From IMG/VR virus record IMGVR_UViG_3300002855_000221, positions 1 through 57,168 of that record: DNA of 57,168 nucleotides. One strand, written 5' to 3'. The notes beneath the pieces were generated by a model. It worked only from the letters and a program-made list of their open reading frames with translations, was not told the origin of the DNA and searched no databases. Every line of letters begins with the position of its first letter. The stretch's first letter is position 1. Below, piece after piece: positions 46,653 through 55,515 of this stretch. The stretch comes from a virus. Lineage: Duplodnaviria; Caudoviricetes. A program made the translations under genes and the position numbers.

Positions 46653-46959
46653 CTACTTTCCCACCCATCCCCAACAATGCTGCTTTTTTGCGCTGCGCGG
46701 GAGTGAGTCCGAGAGATTTCAACAGGTTATTAAGGGTCTGAACAGTCTTAGTAATCTCGATGGCTAAAGGGTTTTTCACGATATTCGTTGCCCCAGCCTT
46801 ATTAGTATGATTGAACATAAGATCATGCTTGTTTACTTCTTTTTTTAGCTTGCGATAATATTTGTGCGTATCAACATAGAGTTGAATCAACTCTTCATCC
46901 GACTCCCGATATTTATCCCCCAGATACTCCCGGATTTTTTCGGCTGTAGGAACTGCCAC
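46624..46959 (-). CDS. terS: Terminase small subunit (P27 family)
   Basis: NKAGATNIVKNP...LGLTPAQR. Confidence 0.9.
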   Translation of the reverse strand: MAVPTAEKIREYLGDKYRESDEELIQLYVDTHKYYRKLKKEVNKHDLMFNHTNKAGATNIVKNPLAIEITKTVQTLNNLLKSLGLTPAQRKKAALLGMGGKVDDDDDFDDY

Positions 46960-47029
46960 GTTTTTCTCACTCCCTTCCAGCTAGGGGATACCCCCCTTAA
47001 TCTAAAAAAGTGATGCGCGCAACGAACGA

Positions 47030-47085
47030 AGGGCCCACGCCGGTCCCAAACGGCTCTAAGGCTCAAAATTCGAGGGAGGGGGGCA
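47030..47085. other. Putative cos region
   Basis: Non-coding gap between HNH and terS; minus strand CCCCCCTCCC...GACCGGCGTGGGCCC resembles 3'-cos contexts (inference). Confidence 0.45.
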
Positions 47086-47200
47086 TGTGTTCGCATTTTC
47101 GCGTGAAACTCCAACTCTCGACCCCGAAACGCCTCAGAACCCCCTTAGAATCGCTCTCATGACGTACAAACTTTTGAATACGATTATCTATCCACGTCAC

Positions 47201-47512
47201 TCACCACCTCTCAGGGTTAGGCTCTACCTTCAACACGGTCGCCCTACGCTTTCTCTGCGGTTCTTGCTTCTTGGACCGTCCTTTCTCCGGATGCTCCTTG
47301 TTGTGGCATGCTGCACACACACTCTCAAGGTTCTCTTCGTCTAATGCGAGCTCAGGGTAATCCTCCCTTGGTTTGATATGGTGGACTATGTTGGCTGTCT
47401 CAAGCTTCTCCTTCCTTAAGCAAGGCTGACAGAGATACTTATCTCGACGCAAGATAACTTCACGACACTTCCGCCACTCCTTGCTCTTGTAAAAGGGATC
47501 AACCTTCTTCAT
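47201..47512 (-). CDS. Packaging-associated HNH endonuclease
   Basis: FYKSKEW...CQPC...VHHI...NLESVCAACHNKEH. Confidence 0.92.
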   Translation of the reverse strand: MKKVDPFYKSKEWRKCREVILRRDKYLCQPCLRKEKLETANIVHHIKPREDYPELALDEENLESVCAACHNKEHPEKGRSKKQEPQRKRRATVLKVEPNPERW

Positions 47513-47515
47513 TGG

Positions 47516-47743
47516 TCACGATTGATGGAATTCATTGGTATTCCCTCTTACTTTAATCTGCTCAGCTGCCATAGCGATGATGGTTGCAGCCGAGCATTCC
47601 TTTCCATCAACAATGATCTTGATCGGCTCTGATCGGCTCATGATGATTGGCCGGATATCATAACGTTCTCTCAGCCATTCACTGCGCTCGTCGATGATTC
47701 CAATATCGTTCATGCCTATCTCCTCTCTGTTTCCAGACAACAA
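47516..47743 (-). CDS. Hypothetical protein
   Basis: ORF; probable start MNDIG. Confidence 0.55.
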   Translation of the reverse strand: MLSGNREEIGMNDIGIIDERSEWLRERYDIRPIIMSRSEPIKIIVDGKECSAATIIAMAAEQIKVRGNTNEFHQS

Positions 47744-47815
47744 AAAAAGGCCCAGCGATCAGCAGCCGTTTGATTGGCATACTGAACACTGGGCCTCTAG
47801 GGTCTCTGGTTCGGT

Positions 47816-48220
47816 TTAAAGTATTTGCTTTACAATCTTCCAATAAACATCGCACAAGTCCTGTGCAAGAGCTACTCTTGACTTGCCGTCTTTCCTTGCA
47901 ACAACTTCCCATTCTTCTTCATACGTGTTCATGTAAACACCGTAGCCATTTGACTTTAGTAGCTCAATCATCTGTCCGATCGTAAGAAGTGGAAGACACC
48001 GCAACTTATGATGTTTGTTACGGAATGGTTCGATAGTGTATCCGTCACCGGGACTGTAATGAGTCACATATGCCCCATATGCATCGATTGCGTAGTAGAC
48101 CCCCAGCAACTCCTGGTAACAATAAGCATCCCCCTGTTGCGGTTTCCACCATTCCCGCAGTAGTTGCTTCTGCTCTTCCGATAACTCTCTGAGTTGCCCG
48201 TTTGTTATACGTTGCTTCAT
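47816..48220 (-). CDS. Hypothetical protein
   Basis: MKQRIT...PLLTIGQMIELL. Confidence 0.7.
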   Translation of the reverse strand: MKQRITNGQLRELSEEQKQLLREWWKPQQGDAYCYQELLGVYYAIDAYGAYVTHYSPGDGYTIEPFRNKHHKLRCLPLLTIGQMIELLKSNGYGVYMNTYEEEWEVVARKDGKSRVALAQDLCDVYWKIVKQIL

Positions 48221-48448
48221 TCGTTATACACCACCCAGCAACTCGACTATCTCGTATTCATCAACCGAGGGATTAATCTCTATCGGAAAGTTAGCAATCC
48301 TGTTCATCCCGTTTTGCAAATCTAAAGTAACATACTTTATCGAATCCTCGTCGTTCATGATCTCATGGAAAACTCTCGGATGCATCCTGACTCCAACATG
48401 ATGCTAAGGATTTTGTACAACTTAGTCATCTCGTGACTCTCCTCTCAA

Positions 48449-48772
48449 TTACCTGACGCTGCCATCACAGTTCTTTTCGTCTACATTAAGGATGATTCCA
48501 TTGCCGTACATTTTGCATCGATCGTGGGTACCGTCATTGTATAATGAAGTGCATTCTGAGCAACTCTCTGCATTAATCTTCATCTTTCTAATTTCCGTCC
48601 ACTGATCACTGTACAATTTCGATTCTGTTTCCTTACGAAGTTGTTCAGGAACATCGAATGTATTGAGTGCTTTACAACGTGTACACATGATCTCTGCTCT
48701 GCCCTCTATCCTACCAAGCAGCTTATTACATTCTCTACACCTGCACTCCTGCAGCATGCTGTTCCCCCTCAT
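48449..48772 (-). CDS. Com-family zinc-finger protein
   Basis: RCRECNKLLG...IMCTRCKALN. Confidence 0.7.
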   Translation of the reverse strand: MRGNSMLQECRCRECNKLLGRIEGRAEIMCTRCKALNTFDVPEQLRKETESKLYSDQWTEIRKMKINAESCSECTSLYNDGTHDRCKMYGNGIILNVDEKNCDGSVR

Positions 48773-49026
48773 ATATGGATCAACGTTTCATCAGTCATGC
48801 TTCTCAATTGTTCACGTGCCTGTATCTTCTCTTCATCAGTAGCATTATCTCCAAGGAGAATGTAAGGATCGTTCCGCTTTATACCTGCTATTAGGAATAA
48901 CTTATTGCAGAGTCCATATGTTATCGCAGATCCAGTTCTATGGTAGGTTGCAAGAATCTCTACTGCTTGTTTAGTCGTTATTGCCTGGTCATTATTCAAT
49001 GTTAACGCCTCCTCAGAACTGATCAT
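48769..49026 (-). CDS. Hypothetical protein
   Basis: ORF in operon. Confidence 0.55.
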   Translation of the reverse strand: MISSEEALTLNNDQAITTKQAVEILATYHRTGSAITYGLCNKLFLIAGIKRNDPYILLGDNATDEEKIQAREQLRSMTDETLIHI

Positions 49027-49687
49027 ATCTTCCTACCTCAAACCGTCTGTCTGATGTATGTAGGAAAGCAATGATGTTCCCGTTATTCTTTTTGGGCAGG
49101 TTCTCGAAATGATCTTTCACTTGGTTTTCCCATTCCTCAACAGTTACATCATGAGCAGTTAGATGATTGATCTGATTCTGAATCCATTGTCCTTGCTCTT
49201 CGGTTATTCTCATATGCTTCTTACTCTTCTTAAGCTCGAAGTATTTCAGATAGATATCGATGTATTGATCATTGCTTTTAGAAGCGATGTATTTATTAAA
49301 TCTTTTATCATTCGTTATTATATAATCATTCGTTACTAGTGTTGGATTTTCCACAACTGGAAAACCCGATTCTGGACGTAACGTCGGGGTTTCATAGATA
49401 TCGATCTCCCAAGACATGATCTTCCCGCGGCTATCCTTGATGGAGTAACGCTTGATATAACCCAGGCGCTCGAGCTCCTTTAGTCCGGCTCGGATGCTGT
49501 CCTTCCCTTCGGTCGTATGCTTGGTCAGCTCCTCAATGTAGAACCGGTAGTTATCCGGCTTGGATAGCATGTAGGCGAGCAGGCCGCGGGCTTTGAAGCT
49601 CAGTCGTTCATCATGCAGGGATACATTTAGGATGCGGGTAAACGGCGGCGCCTTATTCCCTGTCTTATTGATCCGATAGGTTGCCAC
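49013..49687 (-). CDS. Initiator-like winged-HTH protein
   Basis: DERLSFKARGLLAYMLSKPD...GLKELERLGYI. Confidence 0.75.
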   Translation of the reverse strand: MATYRINKTGNKAPPFTRILNVSLHDERLSFKARGLLAYMLSKPDNYRFYIEELTKHTTEGKDSIRAGLKELERLGYIKRYSIKDSRGKIMSWEIDIYETPTLRPESGFPVVENPTLVTNDYIITNDKRFNKYIASKSNDQYIDIYLKYFELKKSKKHMRITEEQGQWIQNQINHLTAHDVTVEEWENQVKDHFENLPKKNNGNIIAFLHTSDRRFEVGRYDQF

Positions 49688-49693
49688 ATCGGT

Positions 49694-49975
49694 TTATTCC
49701 TCTTCTACGATCACGGTCGCATTGTAGATCAAGATCCGTTTGCCATCCAAGTCAAACTTGATCTTGTTACCGTACCTATCTACCTTAATGTCAAACTTTC
49801 CTCTATATGTTTTAATCTCATTACCTGCTTGATCATACACAGTAGCCACACGTTGCAAGCCCTTCACACTAGAGCCGATATCCTTTACAGTTCGATCCCA
49901 ACTCTCACACCCAGCCAAAACAAATAAGACAGCCAGTGCAGCTGCCGTGGTAACCAGTTTTCTTTTCATATTCAT
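49694..49975 (-). CDS. Phage lipoprotein
   Basis: Lipobox LAGC; RBS GAGAAAGG. Confidence 0.75.
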   Translation of the reverse strand: MNMKRKLVTTAAALAVLFVLAGCESWDRTVKDIGSSVKGLQRVATVYDQAGNEIKTYRGKFDIKVDRYGNKIKFDLDGKRILIYNATVIVEEE

Positions 49976-49976
49976 T

Positions 49977-50351
49977 TCATCCTTTCTCCTCGACAACATC
50001 AGCACCACGCTGTTTAAACCATTGAATGGAGCTGCTTTCAAACGCTGGATTGAGCCAGTATTCTCCAACCAATACAATCAACATCTTACTCGCATTCAAT
50101 CCGTCCAGCATGTATTCATTTCTGCTGACGTACTTGACTCGAGCCTCTTTCGGATACTTATCCCTCACGGATCTCCACAGGAATTGTGCTTGGGCGGAGT
50201 TCTTCGCGATCACCAGGATTGTATCGTATTGCCTCTCCGCAGGTTCGGGATTTGTTAGCCTATTAAGTTCTTCTCGGGCTTGATTGACAGTCATCTGGCC
50301 GTTGTACACATCATCGGTAAACGGTCCAAAATCTACAGTACGTTTGCTCAT
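49977..50351 (-). CDS. Hypothetical protein (start MSKRTVD)
   Basis: 3' part of track ORF 49977..50546. Confidence 0.6.
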   Translation of the reverse strand: MSKRTVDFGPFTDDVYNGQMTVNQAREELNRLTNPEPAERQYDTILVIAKNSAQAQFLWRSVRDKYPKEARVKYVSRNEYMLDGLNASKMLIVLVGEYWLNPAFESSSIQWFKQRGADVVEEKG

Positions 50352-50358
50352 AATGGCT

Positions 50359-50661
50359 TCACCCTTCCACCTTGGCCCGTAGCGCGTCCATCTTCTCCTT
50401 GATCTGCGCCTTAAGTTCAGCTTCCTTCCGAGCAGCATTCTCATGGTTATCCTTCGGATCCGTAAAACGTTTCTGCACCCTCCTGATGCGGGCCTGTAGC
50501 TTTCGTATTTCTTCGTCTGTATAGAATGCAACATACTCATGGTCACAGTGAGGACAGGTGAAGTATGTCTTCTCTATCCCGTCAGGCAGTTTTAAGAAAG
50601 AGAAATCATCAAAGGTAAAGGCTTGGTTGCATCCAGCATCACAGTTGGTTGATATGCTCAT
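50359..50661 (-). CDS. Zinc-ribbon/coiled-coil protein
   Basis: CDAGC...CPHC. Confidence 0.65.
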   Translation of the reverse strand: MSISTNCDAGCNQAFTFDDFSFLKLPDGIEKTYFTCPHCDHEYVAFYTDEEIRKLQARIRRVQKRFTDPKDNHENAARKEAELKAQIKEKMDALRAKVEG

Positions 50662-51002
50662 GACTGACCGATCCTTTCAGCTGCAATTCTCAATCCATTC
50701 GCTGTACGTTCTCCGCTCTCAGCAGTCATTTCACCCAATTCTTTAAGCTTCCGTTCAAGGTTGGATGTATCAACGGACATTTTGACAACTATGTTTCCTG
50801 CTACAGTCTCTTTCTTTATCCCTAGATCAGATTCGATGCTGTCGCACACTTTAGCGATCCTTTCAATTATTGTTTCTTTCTCAGGAAGGAGGCTTAGATG
50901 ACGCTTATACGTATTAAGCAAACCATTTAGTTGTTCTAAATATTCCATCTTCAATTCTGTTTTACTTCTCAAACAGAACTCAGTCCCCGTATTAGTGATC
51001 AT
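50658..51002 (-). CDS. Hypothetical protein
   Basis: ORF in operon. Confidence 0.6.
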   Translation of the reverse strand: MITNTGTEFCLRSKTELKMEYLEQLNGLLNTYKRHLSLLPEKETIIERIAKVCDSIESDLGIKKETVAGNIVVKMSVDTSNLERKLKELGEMTAESGERTANGLRIAAERIGQS

Positions 51003-51026
51003 TTCATATCATCCTTTCATCGTTTA

Positions 51027-51410
51027 TTACTTTGTCTTTCTGAAGTCGATATCCGGTAGAATGGTTTGTGGTTTGAATGTTACGCGGTAATGATATGCAC
51101 TCACCTTCGCAGTCTCTGTCTGTTCGGCAAAGTATGTTACGTTGTCAGACAATCCAAGGAAGTGCTTTTTATAGGCATCTTCTCCAGTTTTGCATGTCAC
51201 CGTTACCTGCTGAGAACGATCATCCGAATTGCCCAGCGAGCAGCGTCCTTCAATCGTCAGCAGATATGTGTCCGTGATCCCATTGTAAAATACAATCCTG
51301 CGGTTGATTTCAAAGTTGTCTGCCGCCTTGGACAGATTTTGAGATGCGATATCTGCGTCTGTACAAGCTGTCAGAATTATCAGCATGAATATGAGAACGA
51401 GCTTCTTCAT
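51027..51410 (-). CDS. Phage lipoprotein
   Basis: MKKLVL...LTAC lipobox; NLSKAADNFEINRRIVFYNGIT. Confidence 0.8.
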   Translation of the reverse strand: MKKLVLIFMLIILTACTDADIASQNLSKAADNFEINRRIVFYNGITDTYLLTIEGRCSLGNSDDRSQQVTVTCKTGEDAYKKHFLGLSDNVTYFAEQTETAKVSAYHYRVTFKPQTILPDIDFRKTK

Positions 51411-51451
51411 ACGTTCACTTCCTTTACTTTGATAAAATAAAAAAGACACCG

Positions 51452-51697
51452 TTAAGCGTCCATATCCTTCGATATATTCTTGATTACCTTACGTATTGTT
51501 TCCTCGTGATCAGGTGTATGTCCATTCATGACTATTTGTTCAGGACGCAAGGATATCTCAATCTTAATGCTTATTCCTTTTGATTCTATTACTGCCGTTA
51601 GTTCCGTTGTTGATGGTACGGTTAATACCGGAGCACTAGATTCATCAGAATAAAGTGCAGTGTGTTTATATTTAATCTCTTCGATGTAGATATTCAT
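51452..51697 (-). CDS. Hypothetical protein
   Basis: RBS AGGAGG before MNIYIE. Confidence 0.6.
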   Translation of the reverse strand: MNIYIEEIKYKHTALYSDESSAPVLTVPSTTELTAVIESKGISIKIEISLRPEQIVMNGHTPDHEETIRKVIKNISKDMDA

Positions 51698-51729
51698 GAT
51701 ATCCCTCCTAAATAAAAAAAGCCGCTGAA

Positions 51730-52008
51730 TTAATTTCTTGTCTTGCTTCCTCTCAGTTCCCATTTAATCGCATCAGCGGTTGCGATCCCACTTTCTAATA
51801 AATTCCGTCTACCAACATACGAATTAAAGCTTCGCAATCCATTTACCTCATTAACTTCGATTGTTCTAATTTCTCGAATCTCTTGTTCATCAAAACCTTG
51901 ACTGTTCCAAAACTCGTTATCTCCTTGCTCGAGTCGATTCAGTAACTGTCTTTGTTTCTCCAATTCATTTTCGCTCGGAAAGAAAGCTTTTCTAAAAGAG
52001 CAAAGCAT
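51730..52008 (-). CDS. Hypothetical protein
   Basis: ORF with RBS. Confidence 0.55.
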   Translation of the reverse strand: MLCSFRKAFFPSENELEKQRQLLNRLEQGDNEFWNSQGFDEQEIREIRTIEVNEVNGLRSFNSYVGRRNLLESGIATADAIKWELRGSKTRN

Positions 52009-52049
52009 TCAGTTCACCCTTTCTTCGCAAACAAAAAAGCCGCCAATTA

Positions 52050-52349
52050 TTAGCGACTTCTCCGTGATTTATCTTCTGCATTTATTCCATTGCCATGATA
52101 CTTATAATCCCCGTCTGTAAATTTCCTGTAGGATCCATATTCGCACGTTACAAGAATAGTCGGTATCACCCTTTGGAACCCATGCTTAAGAACTAAATAA
52201 TCCGCAACACCATCATTATCATTCTCGCCTTCATCTACAGCCTTATTAAACATTTCTCCGAACTGTTCTTTATTGAATTCAATCTCATGAGACAATGTAA
52301 CTTCCCTATAGTCGTCATAAGTTCCTATAGTCAATGTATAGAAATACAT
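52050..52349 (-). CDS. Hypothetical protein
   Basis: RBS GAGGTG. Confidence 0.65.
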   Translation of the reverse strand: MYFYTLTIGTYDDYREVTLSHEIEFNKEQFGEMFNKAVDEGENDNDGVADYLVLKHGFQRVIPTILVTCEYGSYRKFTDGDYKYHGNGINAEDKSRRSR

Positions 52350-52390
52350 TTTATCACCTCATACAGATAATACCATAACCTTTCGGCTAC

Positions 52391-52648
52391 TTACCCAGCA
52401 CTAGACACCTTCTTTTTCGGTGTCCAGGACTTTTTGCAATCATTGCATTGATGGACTGGCGGGAAGAAGAAACTGATCGGCGATGCAATGACAAGTGATA
52501 TCGAGATGACCATCAAAGGTGAGAACAGCAAACCAAACCAAAACAGGACACTTCCGGTACCAAACAGTATCAGAAAGAAAAACAATTTCCCCTTGACCTC
52601 CACGCTGTTAGAACCACACCTCGGACAATTTTCCCAGTTACCACTCAT
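52391..52648 (-). CDS. LITAF-like zinc-ribbon membrane protein
   Basis: CPRC - hydrophobic hairpin - CNDC. Confidence 0.7.
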   Translation of the reverse strand: MSGNWENCPRCGSNSVEVKGKLFFFLILFGTGSVLFWFGLLFSPLMVISISLVIASPISFFFPPVHQCNDCKKSWTPKKKVSSAG

Positions 52649-52717
52649 ATTTCATCCGCTCCCCCCGTGTTATTTGGGTACATTGTAGCATATGTGGAAA
52701 GACATGGAAACATGTAG

Positions 52718-52870
52718 AACCCCGCAGGCATGGTGCGCAGCACGATGCCGAAGCGACACCCGCAAAGGTTTCGGCTTCGCAGTACACGGTCACCGACTTC
52801 CTTGCATTTGTCTCACGAGGGTGACGGTGTACGGAGCGATGCTTTCATATCCGGGAAGCGGGATGGAACC
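52718..52870. ncRNA. Candidate structured ncRNA
   Basis: GC-rich intergenic island with several stems: GCCGAAGC/GTTTCGGC, GTACAC/GTGTAC, GTCACC/GGTGAC. Confidence 0.4.
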
Positions 52871-52897
52871 AAAAGAAAAGCCGCTCAAATGAGCGAC

Positions 52898-53668
52898 TTA
52901 ATTTAGTGGGACTGAAACTCTGATTTTATGACGTCGTTCCCTTTCTTCTTCAATTTCTTCAAGCGATGTTCTTATGAAATATAACGTATCTTCAACATCA
53001 CTAATCAAGGTTTGAATAACTTCTCCTGATATAATATCCATTTTGAGTTTTAATACTTTATTAAGCTCCTTGTTGATTTTCGCAACATTAGCCAACTTTT
53101 CAAATTCAGCACCGGGTGATTCAAAGACCTCTCTTGAATACCTCTGACTTGTACTTTTCTGTAAAAAAAAGTCGTACATGAATGCCTCTGATACTTGCTG
53201 ATACTTAAATTTGATACTTAATAAGTCCGCTATAAGATCAACGCTTTCCAACTGATCAATTGCAGTCCAATATTGTTCGAAAGGGACATACATGTCTTGT
53301 TGATATCCAAGGATACTATCGTTATCCTCTAAACCTTTGTTTATATCGATATTTGTGAGAATACTTTTCAGAGAGTCATGTATGTTTTCTAATTCGTATC
53401 TTATTTTCATTAAGGCCGGCGTTTGGGATATAAATTTTATCGTTTCCTCATTAGCTATTTGTTTTTTTGACTGTTCATTTATCTGATACCTCGCAACGAG
53501 AAATGCAACCAAACCACCGATTATACCACCTATATAGCCACCAAAAAAACCAACCCACGAATTCTCATCTCCTATGGTCCATTGACCAAATGGCAGCCGA
53601 ATGAATTGGCTTATAATGATTGGAGAAACAAAAATCGTTAATACTACAACTACTAAAATTCTCTTCAA
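52898..53668 (-). CDS. Membrane-anchored hypothetical protein (AT-rich accessory gene)
   Basis: 2 TM segments, WVGFFGGYIGGIIGG; own promoter and terminator (52872-52898). Confidence 0.75.
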   Translation of the reverse strand: MKRILVVVVLTIFVSPIIISQFIRLPFGQWTIGDENSWVGFFGGYIGGIIGGLVAFLVARYQINEQSKKQIANEETIKFISQTPALMKIRYELENIHDSLKSILTNIDINKGLEDNDSILGYQQDMYVPFEQYWTAIDQLESVDLIADLLSIKFKYQQVSEAFMYDFFLQKSTSQRYSREVFESPGAEFEKLANVAKINKELNKVLKLKMDIISGEVIQTLISDVEDTLYFIRTSLEEIEEERERRHKIRVSVPLN

Positions 53669-53690
53669 GTCCAACTCCCCCTCGACATCA

Positions 53691-53720
53691 CATTTCGACA
53701 ACGGGAGTTCTATTCCTGCA
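53691..53720 (-). promoter_or_regulatory. Sigma-H-like promoter
   Basis: Minus strand GCAGGAATA...TGTCGAAAT. Confidence 0.5.
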
Positions 53721-53807
53721 TTTTCCATTCAAACAAGACCTAGCGTTCGATATTAGGAGGATCAGACCCTTACTTTTAGCATAGAAAAAGCACCCATAAT
53801 GGGCGCT

Positions 53808-54032
53808 TTAATCATAGTCATAGAAGAAAATGCTGTATACCACAATTACAGTAAATGGAATAATAGTCGAAAATGAAAGAAATATAAAATTAAATACTTT
53901 CTCGCTATTCCTCAATCTCTCTGGCAAGATTTTAGTTTGCGTTAACAAATACAAAAGTGAAAATGAAATAGTGAAAGTCAAAGCTACTACTCCAAAAGTT
54001 TGGCTATCATCATAACCATAACGCGAGTCCAT
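53808..54032 (-). CDS. Small 2-TM membrane protein
   Basis: RBS GGAGGG; terminator at about 53783-53808. Confidence 0.65.
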   Translation of the reverse strand: MDSRYGYDDSQTFGVVALTFTISFSLLYLLTQTKILPERLRNSEKVFNFIFLSFSTIIPFTVIVVYSIFFYDYD

Positions 54033-54054
54033 TTACAACCCCTCCAAAATACAT

Positions 54055-54083
54055 GTTTCGACATTCAAAGGGGAATTCCTCCA
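54055..54083 (-). promoter_or_regulatory. Sigma-H-like promoter
   Basis: Minus strand GGAGGAATT...TGTCGAAAC. Confidence 0.5.
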
Positions 54084-54091
54084 TTTACCTA

Positions 54092-54949
54092 TCACACAAC
54101 AAACTCAACAAACGCTGGCGACCTCAGCATTCCTTTTTTGGTCCAGTTCCGGGTTTTAACCTTCGCCCTGATCCGCGGCTCCAGATGGACAAAATTCCTA
54201 TCCTCTCCAGTTACAAGTTGCTGGCTCACACCATAAAATGCTCGTTTAGCTTTCGGAGGCACTCCCAACTCAATGATCCCGGTCGGCCGCATGTGACCAG
54301 ACTCCGTAACTACAGACGTAAGCCATCCGAACTCTTCTTTCCGGTACCCGGTGATAAATACCTCGGCATAGGTCCAGTTGATGACCTTCTGCCAGTTAGG
54401 AGATCGACGACTCTCATAGATGCTGTTCATCTTCTTGCCGACCATTCCTTCAAGCTCCTGGGCCTCCATCTGCTCAAACAACGCCTCGCCTGCACCTTCT
54501 ACAAACGGCACAACGCCGAAATGCGGGTTCGGCATGGTAATCCCACTCAGGATCTCCTTGCGCTGCATCAGGGGCAATTTCCGGAGGTCCTGGCCCTTAT
54601 ACCGAAGGATATCGAACACGACATACATCACAGGCGATATACCCATGAGCTGCCGAATACACTGCTCTTTCTTCGCCTGGAAGCGGGTCATTACATTTTC
54701 GAAGTCCACCAGCCCCGTCTCCGGATCGGTACAAGCGACTTCACCATCCAAGAGAATATCATCCTCAAAAGGCGCCAACAGCTCAGGATACTGTTTTGTA
54801 CATTCGGTCTCATGACGGGTATACAATCGAATGCGGCCATCTTCCTGCGAGAACAGCAGCCGGTGCCCGTCTATCTTTGGTTCAAATATATAATTATCAT
54901 GGCTGAATGGGCCACTTGCTGTTTCTAGTAACATCGGACTTATAAACAT
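54092..54949 (-). CDS. ATP-dependent DNA ligase (LigD-ligase/LigB-like)
   Basis: EPKIDGHR, LDGEV, FDIL, EGMVGK; start MFISPMLL after GAGGTG. Confidence 0.93.
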   Translation of the reverse strand: MFISPMLLETASGPFSHDNYIFEPKIDGHRLLFSQEDGRIRLYTRHETECTKQYPELLAPFEDDILLDGEVACTDPETGLVDFENVMTRFQAKKEQCIRQLMGISPVMYVVFDILRYKGQDLRKLPLMQRKEILSGITMPNPHFGVVPFVEGAGEALFEQMEAQELEGMVGKKMNSIYESRRSPNWQKVINWTYAEVFITGYRKEEFGWLTSVVTESGHMRPTGIIELGVPPKAKRAFYGVSQQLVTGEDRNFVHLEPRIRAKVKTRNWTKKGMLRSPAFVEFVV

Positions 54950-55270
54950 ATAAACACCTCTCAACTGATTATACCTATTGGTATGTTCGATTGGAGGCGG
55001 TAAGTCTTGTAAATAAATAGGGATACCGAGACCGTGCCTTATAGGTATCTCGATATCCCTCACCCGTATGCCGGTACAATGCCCCAGCAGGCAGATCTTA
55101 TTTAGAACATTTAACCCGCTTGTTCTACCCTTGCGGCTCTACTGTAGGTCTTTATTTGCGAGGGGCTAACTGGCGCCGCTCGTCTTATCGCCTACCACCG
55201 TCAAACAGGTATGTTTGTTGTGTCGGGTGATGTTCTGGAAACCGGAAGGGAGCTTTGCACCACTCCATAT

Positions 55271-55296
55271 AAAAAGGCCGGCCCAATGGCCGACCC
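55271..55296 (-). terminator. Terminator/attenuator hairpin upstream of the late region
   Basis: Minus strand GGTCGGCC/GGCCGGCC stem followed by a U-tract. Confidence 0.6.
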
Positions 55297-55438
55297 CGAT
55301 CACTAGGACATTCATGCCCCTGTGGTGTCCTCTTCTCGATTTCCCATGTTATAACTATAACCTATAAATCAGCAAATGTATTCGCTGTTTTTCCTATAAT
55401 ACAACTAATATTTTTCTGAAATTTGCAGAGTGTTCGGA

Positions 55439-55468
55439 TTTACATCTATCATTTGGTTTGTTTATAAT
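55439..55468 (+). promoter_or_regulatory. Sigma-A-like integrase promoter
   Basis: TTTACA-18-TATAAT. Confidence 0.5.
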
Positions 55469-55515
55469 ATGTGGCACATACCAAAAAAGTTAAACCAAAG
55501 AAAGGATAGGCAGAC

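Noticed and set aside
55230-55270. tRNA-like 3' end (...GGTTTCCA on the minus strand)
   Set aside because: No TTCRA T-loop and no cloverleaf could be built
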